Below are positions 1 through 9,940 of a DNA stretch of 46,301 nucleotides, piece after piece (position 1 is the first letter of the stretch; each line of letters starts with the position of its first letter). The DNA is from Deltaproteobacteria bacterium (lineage in GTDB: Bacteria > Desulfobacterota > GWC2-55-46). Below the pieces are notes generated by a model. That model was not told the DNA's origin, made no database searches, and saw nothing but the letters and a program-made list of their open reading frames with translations. A program made the translations under genes and the position numbers. Location of the stretch: contig JBBTCG010000024.1 of NCBI GenBank assembly GCA_038043305.1, positions 1-46,301 of the forward strand, written 5' to 3'.

Positions 1-23
1 GACAGGTATCAGTAGATACCGTC

Positions 24-56
24 TTTCACGGACACGGACACGGTTCACGGTCTTTT
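24..56 (-). repeat. Tandem 6-7 nt CACGGN array, a reverse-orientation copy of the GTGACCG-type repeat family (family H)
   Basis: The sequence reads tttCACGGACACGGACACGGTTCACGGTCtttt. Its reverse complement AAAGACCGTGAACCGTGTCCGTGTCCGTGAAA matches the arrays at 698-723, 19368-19400 and 24886-24918. A bulged 9-bp hairpin lies just upstream at 1-23. Confidence 0.8.
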
Positions 57-68
57 GAGGGATTTTTC

Positions 69-707
69 ATGGAGCTTGGCAACGACGATACGCGGGGGAA
101 TGCCGCGATACTCTCCCGCATCCTCGCGTATACGGAGCGCGGCGGTAAAGGCGGCGCGCTCTTAGAGGCCCTCGGCAACGGGTCTAACGGCCTTGCCCGC
201 GCGTTTGACGCAAGGACAGAGGATCTGAAGGCCGCAGGGGCTTCGGGAAACTCCTGCCTTCTTTTGAAACTCATAAAGGAGTTGGCGACCGAGGCTCTGA
301 GGCTCCGCGTCATAGGCAACAGGTACGACGGGCCGCAGGGCCATTTTCTCGACTATTTGTTCATGTCCCTTTCCGGGATAAGGGTGGAGAAATTTGAAGC
401 CGTCTTTCTCGACTCAGATAATGTCCTTGCCATTGAAACGTTAAGCGAGGGGAGCATTGCCCACACCGCCGTGTACCCGAGAAAGGCCGTGGAGGCATCT
501 TTAAGGCTTGGCGCCAATCAGGCGATATTCCTGCATAACCATCCGAGCGGAGACGCTGCCCCTTCCGATACCGACAAAGAATTGATTGTAACGCTTGACA
601 AGGCCTTTGCCGCCGCCGGATTTATCGTAAGGGATCATCTCATTATAGGCTCACGGCGACATTGGAGCGCGGCTAAAGAAGGGTGGAGTATGGGCAAGAG
701 ACCGTGA
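69..707 (+). CDS. radC: RadC-like JAB/MPN domain protein (UPF0758)
   Basis: 212-aa ORF. The C-terminal half carries the RadC/JAB signature FLHNHPSGDAAPSDTDKELI (HxHPSG...S/D). The TGA stop lies inside the family-H repeat (AGA CCG TGA). Confidence 0.8.
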   Translation: MELGNDDTRGNAAILSRILAYTERGGKGGALLEALGNGSNGLARAFDARTEDLKAAGASGNSCLLLKLIKELATEALRLRVIGNRYDGPQGHFLDYLFMSLSGIRVEKFEAVFLDSDNVLAIETLSEGSIAHTAVYPRKAVEASLRLGANQAIFLHNHPSGDAAPSDTDKELIVTLDKAFAAAGFIVRDHLIIGSRRHWSAAKEGWSMGKRP

Positions 708-838
708 ACCGTGACCGTGAAAGGATTCAACCCCCAACCCCCTAAATCCCCCTTATCAGGGGGACTTTATCAGGGGGACTTCTACGGTTCACGGTCTTTA
801 TAGTGTTTTGTTTTTTCACGGTCACGGTCACGGTCTTT
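698..838. repeat. Composite repeat block filling the whole radC / histidine-kinase convergent intergenic region
   Basis: Left arm is GAGACCGTGAACCGTGACCGTGAAA (698-723). The centre is GATTCAACCCCC(AACCCCC)TAAATCCCCCTTATCAGGGGGACTT(TATCAGGGGGACTT) at 724-781. A short reverse H unit lies at 783-799. The right arm TTTCACGGTCACGGTCACGGTCTTT (814-838) is the inverted complement of the left arm. The central module recurs at 43995-44030. Confidence 0.85.
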
Positions 839-2696
839 ACACAGCCTTTACGCCGTCTTCCTCCATGCCTTTTGCATGCAACGGAGCGACAGGCAGGTAT
901 ACCATGAACTGTGTGCCGCGTCCCGACTCGCTTTTTACCGTAACCCAGCCGTTATGCTTCTTTATGATGTTGTAGACCACGGACAGGCCAAGCCCTGTGC
1001 CTTTGTCAGCGCCCTTGGTCGAGAAGAACGGCTCAAAGACCCTGTCCAACACGTCCTTGTCTATGCCCATGCCCGTGTCCGCGATGGTTATGCGCACGGC
1101 ATCCCCGGGATGGGCCTCGAGCGATGAGGCGGCCTCCTCCCCGCTTATGGTTACATTTTGCGTCCGTATCGTAAGGGTGCCGCCGTCCGGCATGGCGTCC
1201 TTTGCGTTGACGGCCATGTTCATGATGACCTGTTCAATGGAGCCTTCATCGCCCGTAACTGTCCACAGGCCGTCCTCAAGCTCGGTGGTTACGGTTACGT
1301 CCTCGCCTATGATGCGCTCTATCATCTTCAATATGTTCATTACGGCCTTGTTGATGTCAATGGGCGTTATTATTGCCGATTGCCCGCGGCTGAAAAGGAG
1401 AAGCTGGCGCGTAAGGTTGGTCGCAAGGGCAATGGAGTGAAGCACTTCTTTTAGACGCGCCTGCACGGGACTCTCCGGCGGAGTTTCATCGCTGGCCAAC
1501 TCTGAGTATCCGCGTATGACCGTCAATATATTGTTGAAGTCGTGAGCTATGCCGCTGGCCAGCCTTCCTATGGCCTCCATCTTCTGCGACTGCGAAAGCC
1601 TGATCTGCAGCGCCTCTTTGTCCCTCTCGGCGTTTCTTTTTTCAGTGATGTCGCGTATCGTGCCGGTGAAGTAAACATCCCCGGCCAATGAGAAGCTGCT
1701 TAGCACGAGTTCTATCGGGAAGACCTGTCCGTTTTTTTTAAGCCCCTGAAGCTCAAGCACCTTGCCCTGCACCGAGCTGACGCCTGTAGAGAGGAAGCGT
1801 TTCCTTGCATTTTCATGCCTCTCCCTGTATTCAGACGGCATCAGACTGATAAGAGGCGTGCCTTTGAGCGTACCGGGCGCGAAGCCGAATATCTTTTCCG
1901 CCGCCGGGTTACAGTCAACCACCATGTCGTCGCCGTTGGCCACGATAATGGCGTCAAAGGCCGTGTTGTGAACCAATCTGTATCTCGTCTCGCTCTGCCC
2001 AAGAGCCTCCAGCGCGGCCACGTGGTCAGTTATGTCCTCGCCGGAATACAAAAGGCCGGTGGTCTGCCCGTTCTCTATGAACGGTTTGTTGCGCCAGCGG
2101 ATAAGCCGCTCGGCGCCGCCCCAGCATGTTACCGGTATCTCGTAATGCTCCAGCAGTTCTTCCGAGCTTGTCAGCAGATGGTCGAAGATCGTCCTCGCGT
2201 CGGTTCTTGACGGCTCTGGTATGAAGGCGTCAAACCAGTTTTTGCCGATTATATCCTCTTGGGAACGGCCAAGTATCTCCATGCCCTTCCTGTTTATGAA
2301 CATGACGCAACCAGCCTTGTCGAGGGAAACAACCATGACGCCGACGACCTCCATTACGTGTTCCTTTATGTTCCTCAACTCAGCCTCGGCAGACCCAAGT
2401 TTATTCATGAGCTTTAATATCGGGCGGACGATGAGAAGATAAAGCAGAGGAGAGAGGAGCAACACGAGCAACGTCGAGTCAAGTAGTCCGTGCTCAATCG
2501 GGGTGAGCCACGAAGATATGAACGGAAAGATTTGAAATGCCATCATGACCAGAAATTCAGTCAGGAATATGGTCGCGGCCATGGCAACGACTATTTTCCA
2601 CGGGGAAGGGTTCTTTACAACGGTCGAATCGTTTGGTTTGAGCGGCACTGAGCCAAGTTTTGTCACGTTTTCGCCTCTTGATCCGTGCGATTGCAA
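837..2696 (-). CDS. Membrane-anchored sensor histidine kinase (N-terminal TM segments, two PAS-like regions, HisKA, HATPase_c)
   Basis: 619-aa ORF. H-box GIAHDFNNILTVIRGYSELA, N-box VIMNMAVNAKDAM, G-boxes DTGMGI and GTGLGLSV. The hydrophobic N-terminus is followed by PAS-like repeats; there is no receiver domain. The track start is TTG at 2696. A GTG at 2666, preceded by AAGAGG with 7-nt spacing, is a plausible alternative start. Confidence 0.85.
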   Translation of the reverse strand: MQSHGSRGENVTKLGSVPLKPNDSTVVKNPSPWKIVVAMAATIFLTEFLVMMAFQIFPFISSWLTPIEHGLLDSTLLVLLLSPLLYLLIVRPILKLMNKLGSAEAELRNIKEHVMEVVGVMVVSLDKAGCVMFINRKGMEILGRSQEDIIGKNWFDAFIPEPSRTDARTIFDHLLTSSEELLEHYEIPVTCWGGAERLIRWRNKPFIENGQTTGLLYSGEDITDHVAALEALGQSETRYRLVHNTAFDAIIVANGDDMVVDCNPAAEKIFGFAPGTLKGTPLISLMPSEYRERHENARKRFLSTGVSSVQGKVLELQGLKKNGQVFPIELVLSSFSLAGDVYFTGTIRDITEKRNAERDKEALQIRLSQSQKMEAIGRLASGIAHDFNNILTVIRGYSELASDETPPESPVQARLKEVLHSIALATNLTRQLLLFSRGQSAIITPIDINKAVMNILKMIERIIGEDVTVTTELEDGLWTVTGDEGSIEQVIMNMAVNAKDAMPDGGTLTIRTQNVTISGEEAASSLEAHPGDAVRITIADTGMGIDKDVLDRVFEPFFSTKGADKGTGLGLSVVYNIIKKHNGWVTVKSESGRGTQFMVYLPVAPLHAKGMEEDGVKAV

Positions 2697-2777
2697 TGGG
2701 TATGCCTATATCCGCTATTATAGCCTAAAATTATTGCAACGCATCAATCTTTTTTACCGAATCGGCGAGGTTATCAG

Positions 2778-2925
2778 TTAAGGAAGCTCTGATTTATTCT
2801 CTTTCTGTCTTTGCGAGGAGCGCTTTTGCGACGCGGCAATCTCGTAACTTGCTGATTTACCTACGAGCACGGGATTGCTTCCCCCGCGAGAATGACAAAC
2901 TAAGAATAAATCAGAGCTTCCTTAA
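2778..2925. mobile_element. MITE-like non-autonomous element with perfect 23-bp terminal inverted repeats
   Basis: TTAAGGAAGCTCTGATTTATTCT (2778-2800) is the exact reverse complement of AGAATAAATCAGAGCTTCCTTAA (2903-2925). The 102-bp core has no ORF and contains partially complementary GCAATC / GATTGC segments. The outermost TTAA is itself palindromic, so it could be a target duplication rather than part of the inverted repeat. Confidence 0.7.
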
Positions 2926-2979
2926 GAACAAATATTTTTACCTCCACAGATAACCGATAACGTTTTCAAGAAAGGTGGG

Positions 2980-3007
2980 TTGACAAACCCGTTTTTGGTT
3001 GTACAAT
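2980..3007 (+). promoter_or_regulatory. Sigma70-like promoter for the CxxCH protein gene
   Basis: TTGACA (2980-2985), a 16-nt spacer, then TACAAT (3002-3007). It lies about 30 nt upstream of the GGAGG and ATG at 3039. Confidence 0.55.
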
Positions 3008-3038
3008 CAGAATAATTTTTTACCGCATGGAGGTCATT

Positions 3039-3806
3039 ATGAAGCGTTTGTTGCCATTGGCAATGCTGGTCGGAGTTGTTGTTTTGCCGTCAATCTCATT
3101 TGGGTATCCTAATGGGACGCCGATGTATGTAACGGATGCCGCGCCGTTTTGCGCCGCGTGTCATTCGGCTGTAAAGGCAACGTACATGTCTGAGATGCCG
3201 CAGGAGGCCGCAGTCAAGGAACTGCCTGAGAACAAGCATTACGGCATGGTAATGGCCCCCGGGCAAACGCCTTACGCGGAGCTGACCGAGGAGCAAAAGA
3301 AGAAGGTCCTTGACGACGCGAAGAAGATTGATTCCAACTCGTCCGTCGCCATAAACGCGCCTGCAAAGGTCAAGGCAGGCAAGGAGTTTAAGGTTATTGT
3401 CAAGGCAAAGGGCGGCAACGGTCCGGTTATAGGGATAATGCTTTTGGACAAGGCGTCAAGGTATCAGTCCCGCCCGATTGCGGCATCTGGTTTTTATATA
3501 ACCGGAGAGCCTGAGGTAAAAGGGCAGGACAATCAGATTCAAAAGACATGGCTTGACAGGCGTCAAGCTGGTATGAAGCGGAATCTCAACTACATTGTCG
3601 TTGAAAAGCAGAGGTTCGATATTGACAAGGGGGTCTGGCCGACCGCTGAGGTAACATACGCGCTTTTAGCGCCGATTGCGCCGGGCGCATACACGATTAC
3701 CGCCGCATTTTTGTACGGAACCGAGAACGTTGAAAAGGCCGGTTTCATGCAAAGACCGTCGGGCAGGATACTCTTTTCAGACGAGACGGCCATCATGGTG
3801 GAGTGA
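3039..3806 (+). CDS. Secreted hypothetical protein with a single c-type heme-binding motif (CxxCH)
   Basis: The signal-peptide-like N-terminus MKRLLPLAMLVGVVVLPSISFG is followed by FCAACHS (CAACH). The remainder is predicted beta-rich (KVKAGKEFKVIVKAKG..., YTITAAFLYG). GGAGG at 3029-3033 lies 5 nt before the ATG at 3039; the track start at 3027 is probably 4 codons too long. Confidence 0.6.
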   Translation: MKRLLPLAMLVGVVVLPSISFGYPNGTPMYVTDAAPFCAACHSAVKATYMSEMPQEAAVKELPENKHYGMVMAPGQTPYAELTEEQKKKVLDDAKKIDSNSSVAINAPAKVKAGKEFKVIVKAKGGNGPVIGIMLLDKASRYQSRPIAASGFYITGEPEVKGQDNQIQKTWLDRRQAGMKRNLNYIVVEKQRFDIDKGVWPTAEVTYALLAPIAPGAYTITAAFLYGTENVEKAGFMQRPSGRILFSDETAIMVE

Positions 3807-3867
3807 AGATGAGCCGGATGAGGACACGGGATGGCGAGCCGCATATAAACAACGCATCACGGCTTTT

Positions 3868-4041
3868 TTACGAAGACCGGTCAAGATTTTTCTGCATGTC
3901 CGTAAACATGTTGCCCTTGATGGTGGTCTTGTCCCCGCACTTGGGGCAGCTGACTATCGTGCCGTCCTTCATGTCCTTTGCCTTTTTGTCGAACTCGTTG
4001 GCGCACTTTGGGCAGGTGACGTTTATTACTATGTCCTCCAT
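3868..4041 (-). CDS. Small zinc-ribbon protein (57 aa, two CPKC knuckles)
   Basis: Hand translation of the minus strand gives MEDIVINVTCPKCANEFDKKAKDMKDGTIVSCPKCGDKTTIKGNMFTDMQKNLDRSS, then TAA. GGAGGAG lies 3-5 nt upstream of the ATG, and the gene starts 19 nt after the NYN gene stop. It is absent from the ORF track because it is shorter than 60 aa. Confidence 0.7.
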   Translation of the reverse strand: MEDIVINVTCPKCANEFDKKAKDMKDGTIVSCPKCGDKTTIKGNMFTDMQKNLDRSS

Positions 4042-4060
4042 CTTCTCCTCCGTTAATTGT

Positions 4061-4921
4061 TCAAGTTGATTCCTGCGTTGAGGAACGCGGCGGGTATACG
4101 CGGGATATGTTCGTGGCCTGCAAACCCTTATCGCCCTGAGTCAGGTCGAACTCGAAAATCATGTCCCTGCTCGGCAGTTGATTTCTGTCAACGGACGTCT
4201 CAAACGCCGAATCATGGGCGAATGCCGTGCCGTATGGAGACTCAGGCACGCGGGTGTCCGTGATCCAGAGCCCTGGGCCGATGCGCTTTAAGAAACGCAT
4301 GAAGCCGAAGTTTTTTGAGCGGTTGAAGGTGTAGCAGATACCCCTTGCGCGGCCTCCGGGCTCGCCCCATGCCTTTTTGATTTCAGCGCCCTCGATTATC
4401 GGCAGGGGCAGAAGGTGCGGGATAAGGTAGCCTGACATGAACAGGTCAACCTCGCGCTTCAAGTTCGACGACACGTTCTGAAAGGCCACTGCCTCCACCC
4501 TGCAACCCTTGTTCTGAAGGGCGCGCACTACTTGTATAAAGTCCCCGTCTCCGGTGGCCATGACGACCTTTTCAAGGTTCTCCGACTGCATGAGCGCGTC
4601 TACGGCCATGTCAAGGTCCGCGTTGGCCTTGCCGAAGCGGTTTCCGGTCTCGTCAATGTACCATGCGACGACCTTCTCGATGACCTTGTAGCCGAAGTCC
4701 CTTAGCGTGGAGTGGAAGTTAAATGTCCTGTCCCTGTAGTCGTGATCCGTGCGCGCCCTCTCCTCGTCGTAGGCGACGTAGGCGTTCAGGCGCACCGGCT
4801 CGCCGTTGTCCCTGCAGGCGAAGTCCCTCAGCATGTCAAACCTCATGCCGTAGCCGCCGTTTCGCGTGATGTTGGCAACGTCAATGTACAGACCGACTCT
4901 TTGAGATTTTTGTTTGGTCAT
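4061..4921 (-). CDS. NYN (LabA/DUF88-like, PIN-fold) ribonuclease domain fused to a C-terminal cold-shock/OB-like domain
   Basis: The NYN acidic motifs are GLYIDVANI, NADLDMAVDAL and MATGDGDFIQVVRALQNKGCRV. The C-terminus GICYTFNRSKNFGFMRF...AFAHDSAF...MIFEFDL...GLQATNI resembles a CSD with an insertion. The likely start is the ATG at 4921 (MTKQKSQRV...), which overlaps the ATPase TGA stop as ATGA. Confidence 0.75.
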   Translation of the reverse strand: MTKQKSQRVGLYIDVANITRNGGYGMRFDMLRDFACRDNGEPVRLNAYVAYDEERARTDHDYRDRTFNFHSTLRDFGYKVIEKVVAWYIDETGNRFGKANADLDMAVDALMQSENLEKVVMATGDGDFIQVVRALQNKGCRVEAVAFQNVSSNLKREVDLFMSGYLIPHLLPLPIIEGAEIKKAWGEPGGRARGICYTFNRSKNFGFMRFLKRIGPGLWITDTRVPESPYGTAFAHDSAFETSVDRNQLPSRDMIFEFDLTQGDKGLQATNISRVYPPRSSTQEST

Positions 4922-6117
4922 GGTTTTTTGATTGGGAACATACAACAATATAATTGCAACATCTTGCTGGTAAAAATATATTCTCCCATCTCCTCTCCTG
5001 ATCTCAAGACATTCAGCTTTTTCATGCGCTGTAAAAAGTTATTGAACTTCTTTTTTTCATCGGTGGACAAACCTTTCTCGACGGACGCTTTCTTAAAAGA
5101 CAAATCAAAAACTTTCTCGCCAAGCATTGTTAGAATTGAGTGATATGCAGGACTTCGCAGGGCTTTATAAATCTGTTGGTCAACGAACTTTCTTCCGATT
5201 TCCTTCACGGCCTGCACAACGGCCATAACGGCATCGTTCCTGTCTATTTTATTGTCTTTATCAAGCCAGAACGCTTGCTCGCCAATGACGTGCATGACCT
5301 TTGGAAGACCGGCTCCGTAGAGGCAAAAATATTCCATAGCCTTCATGTCAATTGTAATACCGACAGTGCCGAAGGCTTTATTAAAAAAATCCATCATCTC
5401 AACCTTATCCATTGGTTCAATATCAATGATCTTGAATATCCTGTCCATTGGCTCGTGGCACTGAATCATCTTGGCTCTGCGCTCCTCAACGCCGCATAAC
5501 ATAAGCAACAACGGCAGGGGGTCGTTAGACAGGGCATTTTCGTCTACAATACCTTTTATGAAATAGGCAAAGTCAGGATTTGCCGCGATCCCATTAAGCT
5601 CGTCAAAAATAAGCATAACGCCCTTAATCTTATCTTCCTTAAATCTTTCACATAGACCGCGCAAAAAGGGCAGATACCCATGGGCAATGCTTGGAGTGTC
5701 AGCCTTTAAGACCTCCATATTGATGGTCAGGCCAAATAGCGACTGTGTACCGATATATCTTGCAAATATATTCCTGATCTTTTCGGTAATCGTCGGCTCG
5801 TATGCCCGTGTATTGATGGCGGCTTCAAGGGTCTTAGCCGCCACATCTTCCACTGTCCTTGCGCCGCCAAGCTGAACATGTATCCCCAACAGATGGTGGT
5901 CTCTTTCAGCAACGACGCGCATATAACCGGCAAGAGAGCTTTTGCCTATGCCATATTCACCGGCTAAAAAAAGCGCCTGAGGTTTCCCAAGCTCCACCTG
6001 TTGGATCGCGCGCAGTATACTATTGACCGCCGTCTCTCTTCCGACAAATAAATCTATCTGCACAGGAGAGCCGGAATCAAACGGGCATCTTCCTTTATTG
6101 ATAACGTTATTATCCAT
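4918..6117 (-). CDS. P-loop ATPase of the ORC/Cdc6 - Arch_ATPase/AAA_16-like type with a probable C-terminal winged helix
   Basis: 399 aa. It has an FVGRE lead-in, Walker A LAGEYGIGKSS and Walker B VMLIFDELNG. The basic C-terminal ~90 aa is helix-rich. The ATG lies 9 nt after the gyrB stop, preceded by GAGAAGG. It is visibly AT-rich compared with its neighbours. Confidence 0.7.
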   Translation of the reverse strand: MDNNVINKGRCPFDSGSPVQIDLFVGRETAVNSILRAIQQVELGKPQALFLAGEYGIGKSSLAGYMRVVAERDHHLLGIHVQLGGARTVEDVAAKTLEAAINTRAYEPTITEKIRNIFARYIGTQSLFGLTINMEVLKADTPSIAHGYLPFLRGLCERFKEDKIKGVMLIFDELNGIAANPDFAYFIKGIVDENALSNDPLPLLLMLCGVEERRAKMIQCHEPMDRIFKIIDIEPMDKVEMMDFFNKAFGTVGITIDMKAMEYFCLYGAGLPKVMHVIGEQAFWLDKDNKIDRNDAVMAVVQAVKEIGRKFVDQQIYKALRSPAYHSILTMLGEKVFDLSFKKASVEKGLSTDEKKKFNNFLQRMKKLNVLRSGEEMGEYIFTSKMLQLYCCMFPIKKP

Positions 6118-6126
6118 TGCCTTCTC

Positions 6127-8601
<2,475 letters not shown>

Positions 8602-8765
8602 TCAATTGAGGCCGGCGGAATCTTTCCGGCGCGAGGCAGAGAATCAAGGGAGCTGCTTACCGCAGGGGTAACATAAGTATTGTCGCCCGTGCCATGAATA
8701 TACTGCATGGCTTTTATTTACACGGGTAATTTTATACTGCCGCGAGAGGTTTCAGACGTTAAAAT

Positions 8766-8842
8766 TGGGGTGGACGAGGGGTCTCGAACCCCCAGCCTCC
8801 GGAGTCACAGTCCAGCGCTCTAACCGTTGAGCTACGCCCACC
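8766..8842 (-). tRNA. tRNA-His (anticodon GTG), CCA encoded
   Basis: The reverse complement reads GGTGGGCGTAGCTCAACGGTTAGAGCGCTGGACTGTGACTCCGGAGGCTGGGGGTTCGAGACCCCTCGTCCACCCCA. It has the extra 5' G(-1) typical of tRNA-His, the anticodon loop CTGTGAC and a TTCGAGA T-loop. Confidence 0.93.
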
Positions 8843-8937
8843 ATTAAGGGTTTTCCGCAACACATCTTGTATCACAGGGGAAGGAAGGATGTCAATGAAA
8901 TAGGGCGTTCAGGTACGGACTTATCAGTCGGTTTTAT

Positions 8938-8973
8938 AAGCAAAAGGGGTCTGGCGAAATCGCCAAACCCCTT
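8938..8973 (-). terminator. Rho-independent terminator downstream of tRNA-Arg
   Basis: On the minus strand AAGGGGTTTGGCG-ATTT-CGCCAGACCCCTT forms a 13-bp stem with one mismatch. It is followed by TTTTGCTTAT. Confidence 0.65.
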
Positions 8974-8981
8974 GATTTAAT

Positions 8982-9058
8982 TGGTGCGCCCGACTGGATT
9001 CGAACCAGTGGCCTACTGCTTAGAAGGCAGTTGCTCTATCCGACTGAGCTACGGGCGC
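8982..9058 (-). tRNA. tRNA-Arg (anticodon TCT), CCA encoded
   Basis: The reverse complement reads GCGCCCGTAGCTCAGTCGGATAGAGCAACTGCCTTCTAAGCAGTAGGCCACTGGTTCGAATCCAGTCGGGCGCACCA. The anticodon stem-loop is ACTGC-CTTCTAA-GCAGT. Confidence 0.93.
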
Positions 9059-9077
9059 GTTGGCGGAAAAAAAGAGG

Positions 9078-9833
9078 TTATTTTTTTGAGAGATAGGCTT
9101 TTTTCAAATCTTCCGCGATATGTTCGAGGTCAGGATAGATATAGCTGTTGGTAATCCCAAATCCTTCGATTGTTTTGCGTATGCTATCTTTGCCTTCAGT
9201 TGTGATAATGATTTTTTTGCAAAATTCGTCATGTCCTTGCAACTCATTAATCGCCTCGTCGTTATTATGACATGTAAACCGCGACGATTGCACCAAATGC
9301 CTGATGTCAAAATGCGGAGGGAATACCGCTAAAATTTTGCCACGTGGTGGTTTGGGACTCATAGCCTTTACAATATCGTTTCGTACTCTTTGAGAAGCGC
9401 CTGAGAATACGACTTTTTGCCCGGTTTGGTCCTCGTTAAGTAGTACCGGGTTCATTACCCACAATGCGCCACCATCCGTAGCAGGCTCGTCTTTACAGGC
9501 GAAAAACAAGGCTATCAGCATCGAGCTTGTCCAATCAAACAGCCGCGTGGGCAACCCATAATGTTGCGCGAGAAAAAGCCATAACACTTCTTCATTGTAT
9601 TCAGGGACATTGTCGGCGCAAACCTTTGCGCGCAACTTAAATCCTTCCAACAAACTTGTTTCTGCTTTTTTGTGCCCTTCATTACGATAAAGCGTCGGCC
9701 TTAAGTCCCAACTCTCCTTGCCATGCCCCCTCCACCAGAGTTCGCTGGGCGCTTTTTCGAGGAAATCGATAATCGGAGTAACGGCATTATATAACTCAAT
9801 GAAGTTTTTAACCGTCGCGGGTTGTTCGTTCAT
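9078..9833 (-). CDS. FRG-domain protein (function unknown)
   Basis: 251 aa. LWWRGHGKESWDLRPTLYR is an (F/Y/W)RG motif, and LAQHYGLPTRLFDWTSSMLIALFFAC matches the FRG family core QHYGLPTRLLDWT. It is AT-rich compared with the window. Confidence 0.75.
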   Translation of the reverse strand: MNEQPATVKNFIELYNAVTPIIDFLEKAPSELWWRGHGKESWDLRPTLYRNEGHKKAETSLLEGFKLRAKVCADNVPEYNEEVLWLFLAQHYGLPTRLFDWTSSMLIALFFACKDEPATDGGALWVMNPVLLNEDQTGQKVVFSGASQRVRNDIVKAMSPKPPRGKILAVFPPHFDIRHLVQSSRFTCHNNDEAINELQGHDEFCKKIIITTEGKDSIRKTIEGFGITNSYIYPDLEHIAEDLKKAYLSKK

Positions 9834-9940
9834 AGTCCGATTACCGTGGTTCGCCGTTATATGACTGACGATACTCCTTGATTATGCCTTCAACTTTTTT
9901 ATGTAATTCACCGAAGTTGTTGATGGCGACAGTGTCCGTG

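Noticed and set aside
26-319. 97-aa minus-strand ORF overlapping the radC 5' region.
   Set aside because: It lies opposite radC, is rich in Ser/Pro/Arg, has no motif, and runs into the repeat array at 24-56. It is a shadow ORF.
3868-4041. Identity of the small zinc-ribbon protein with the gyrase inhibitor YacG, given its location in a gyrB transcription unit and an N-terminal V-x-CPxC resemblance.
   Set aside because: The second knuckle is CPKC rather than the YacG-type PFCSxRC. The conserved C-terminal Trp-containing GyrB-binding segment is absent. The resemblance is generic to zinc ribbons, so it is kept only as a remote hypothesis.
3803-4069. Plus-strand 88-aa ORF, and the 126-aa ORF at 3676-4056, covering the zinc-ribbon region.
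   Set aside because: Their translations are low-complexity without motifs and lack an SD. The minus-strand 57-aa reading has a GGAGGAG SD, two CPKC knuckles and operon spacing with the NYN gene.
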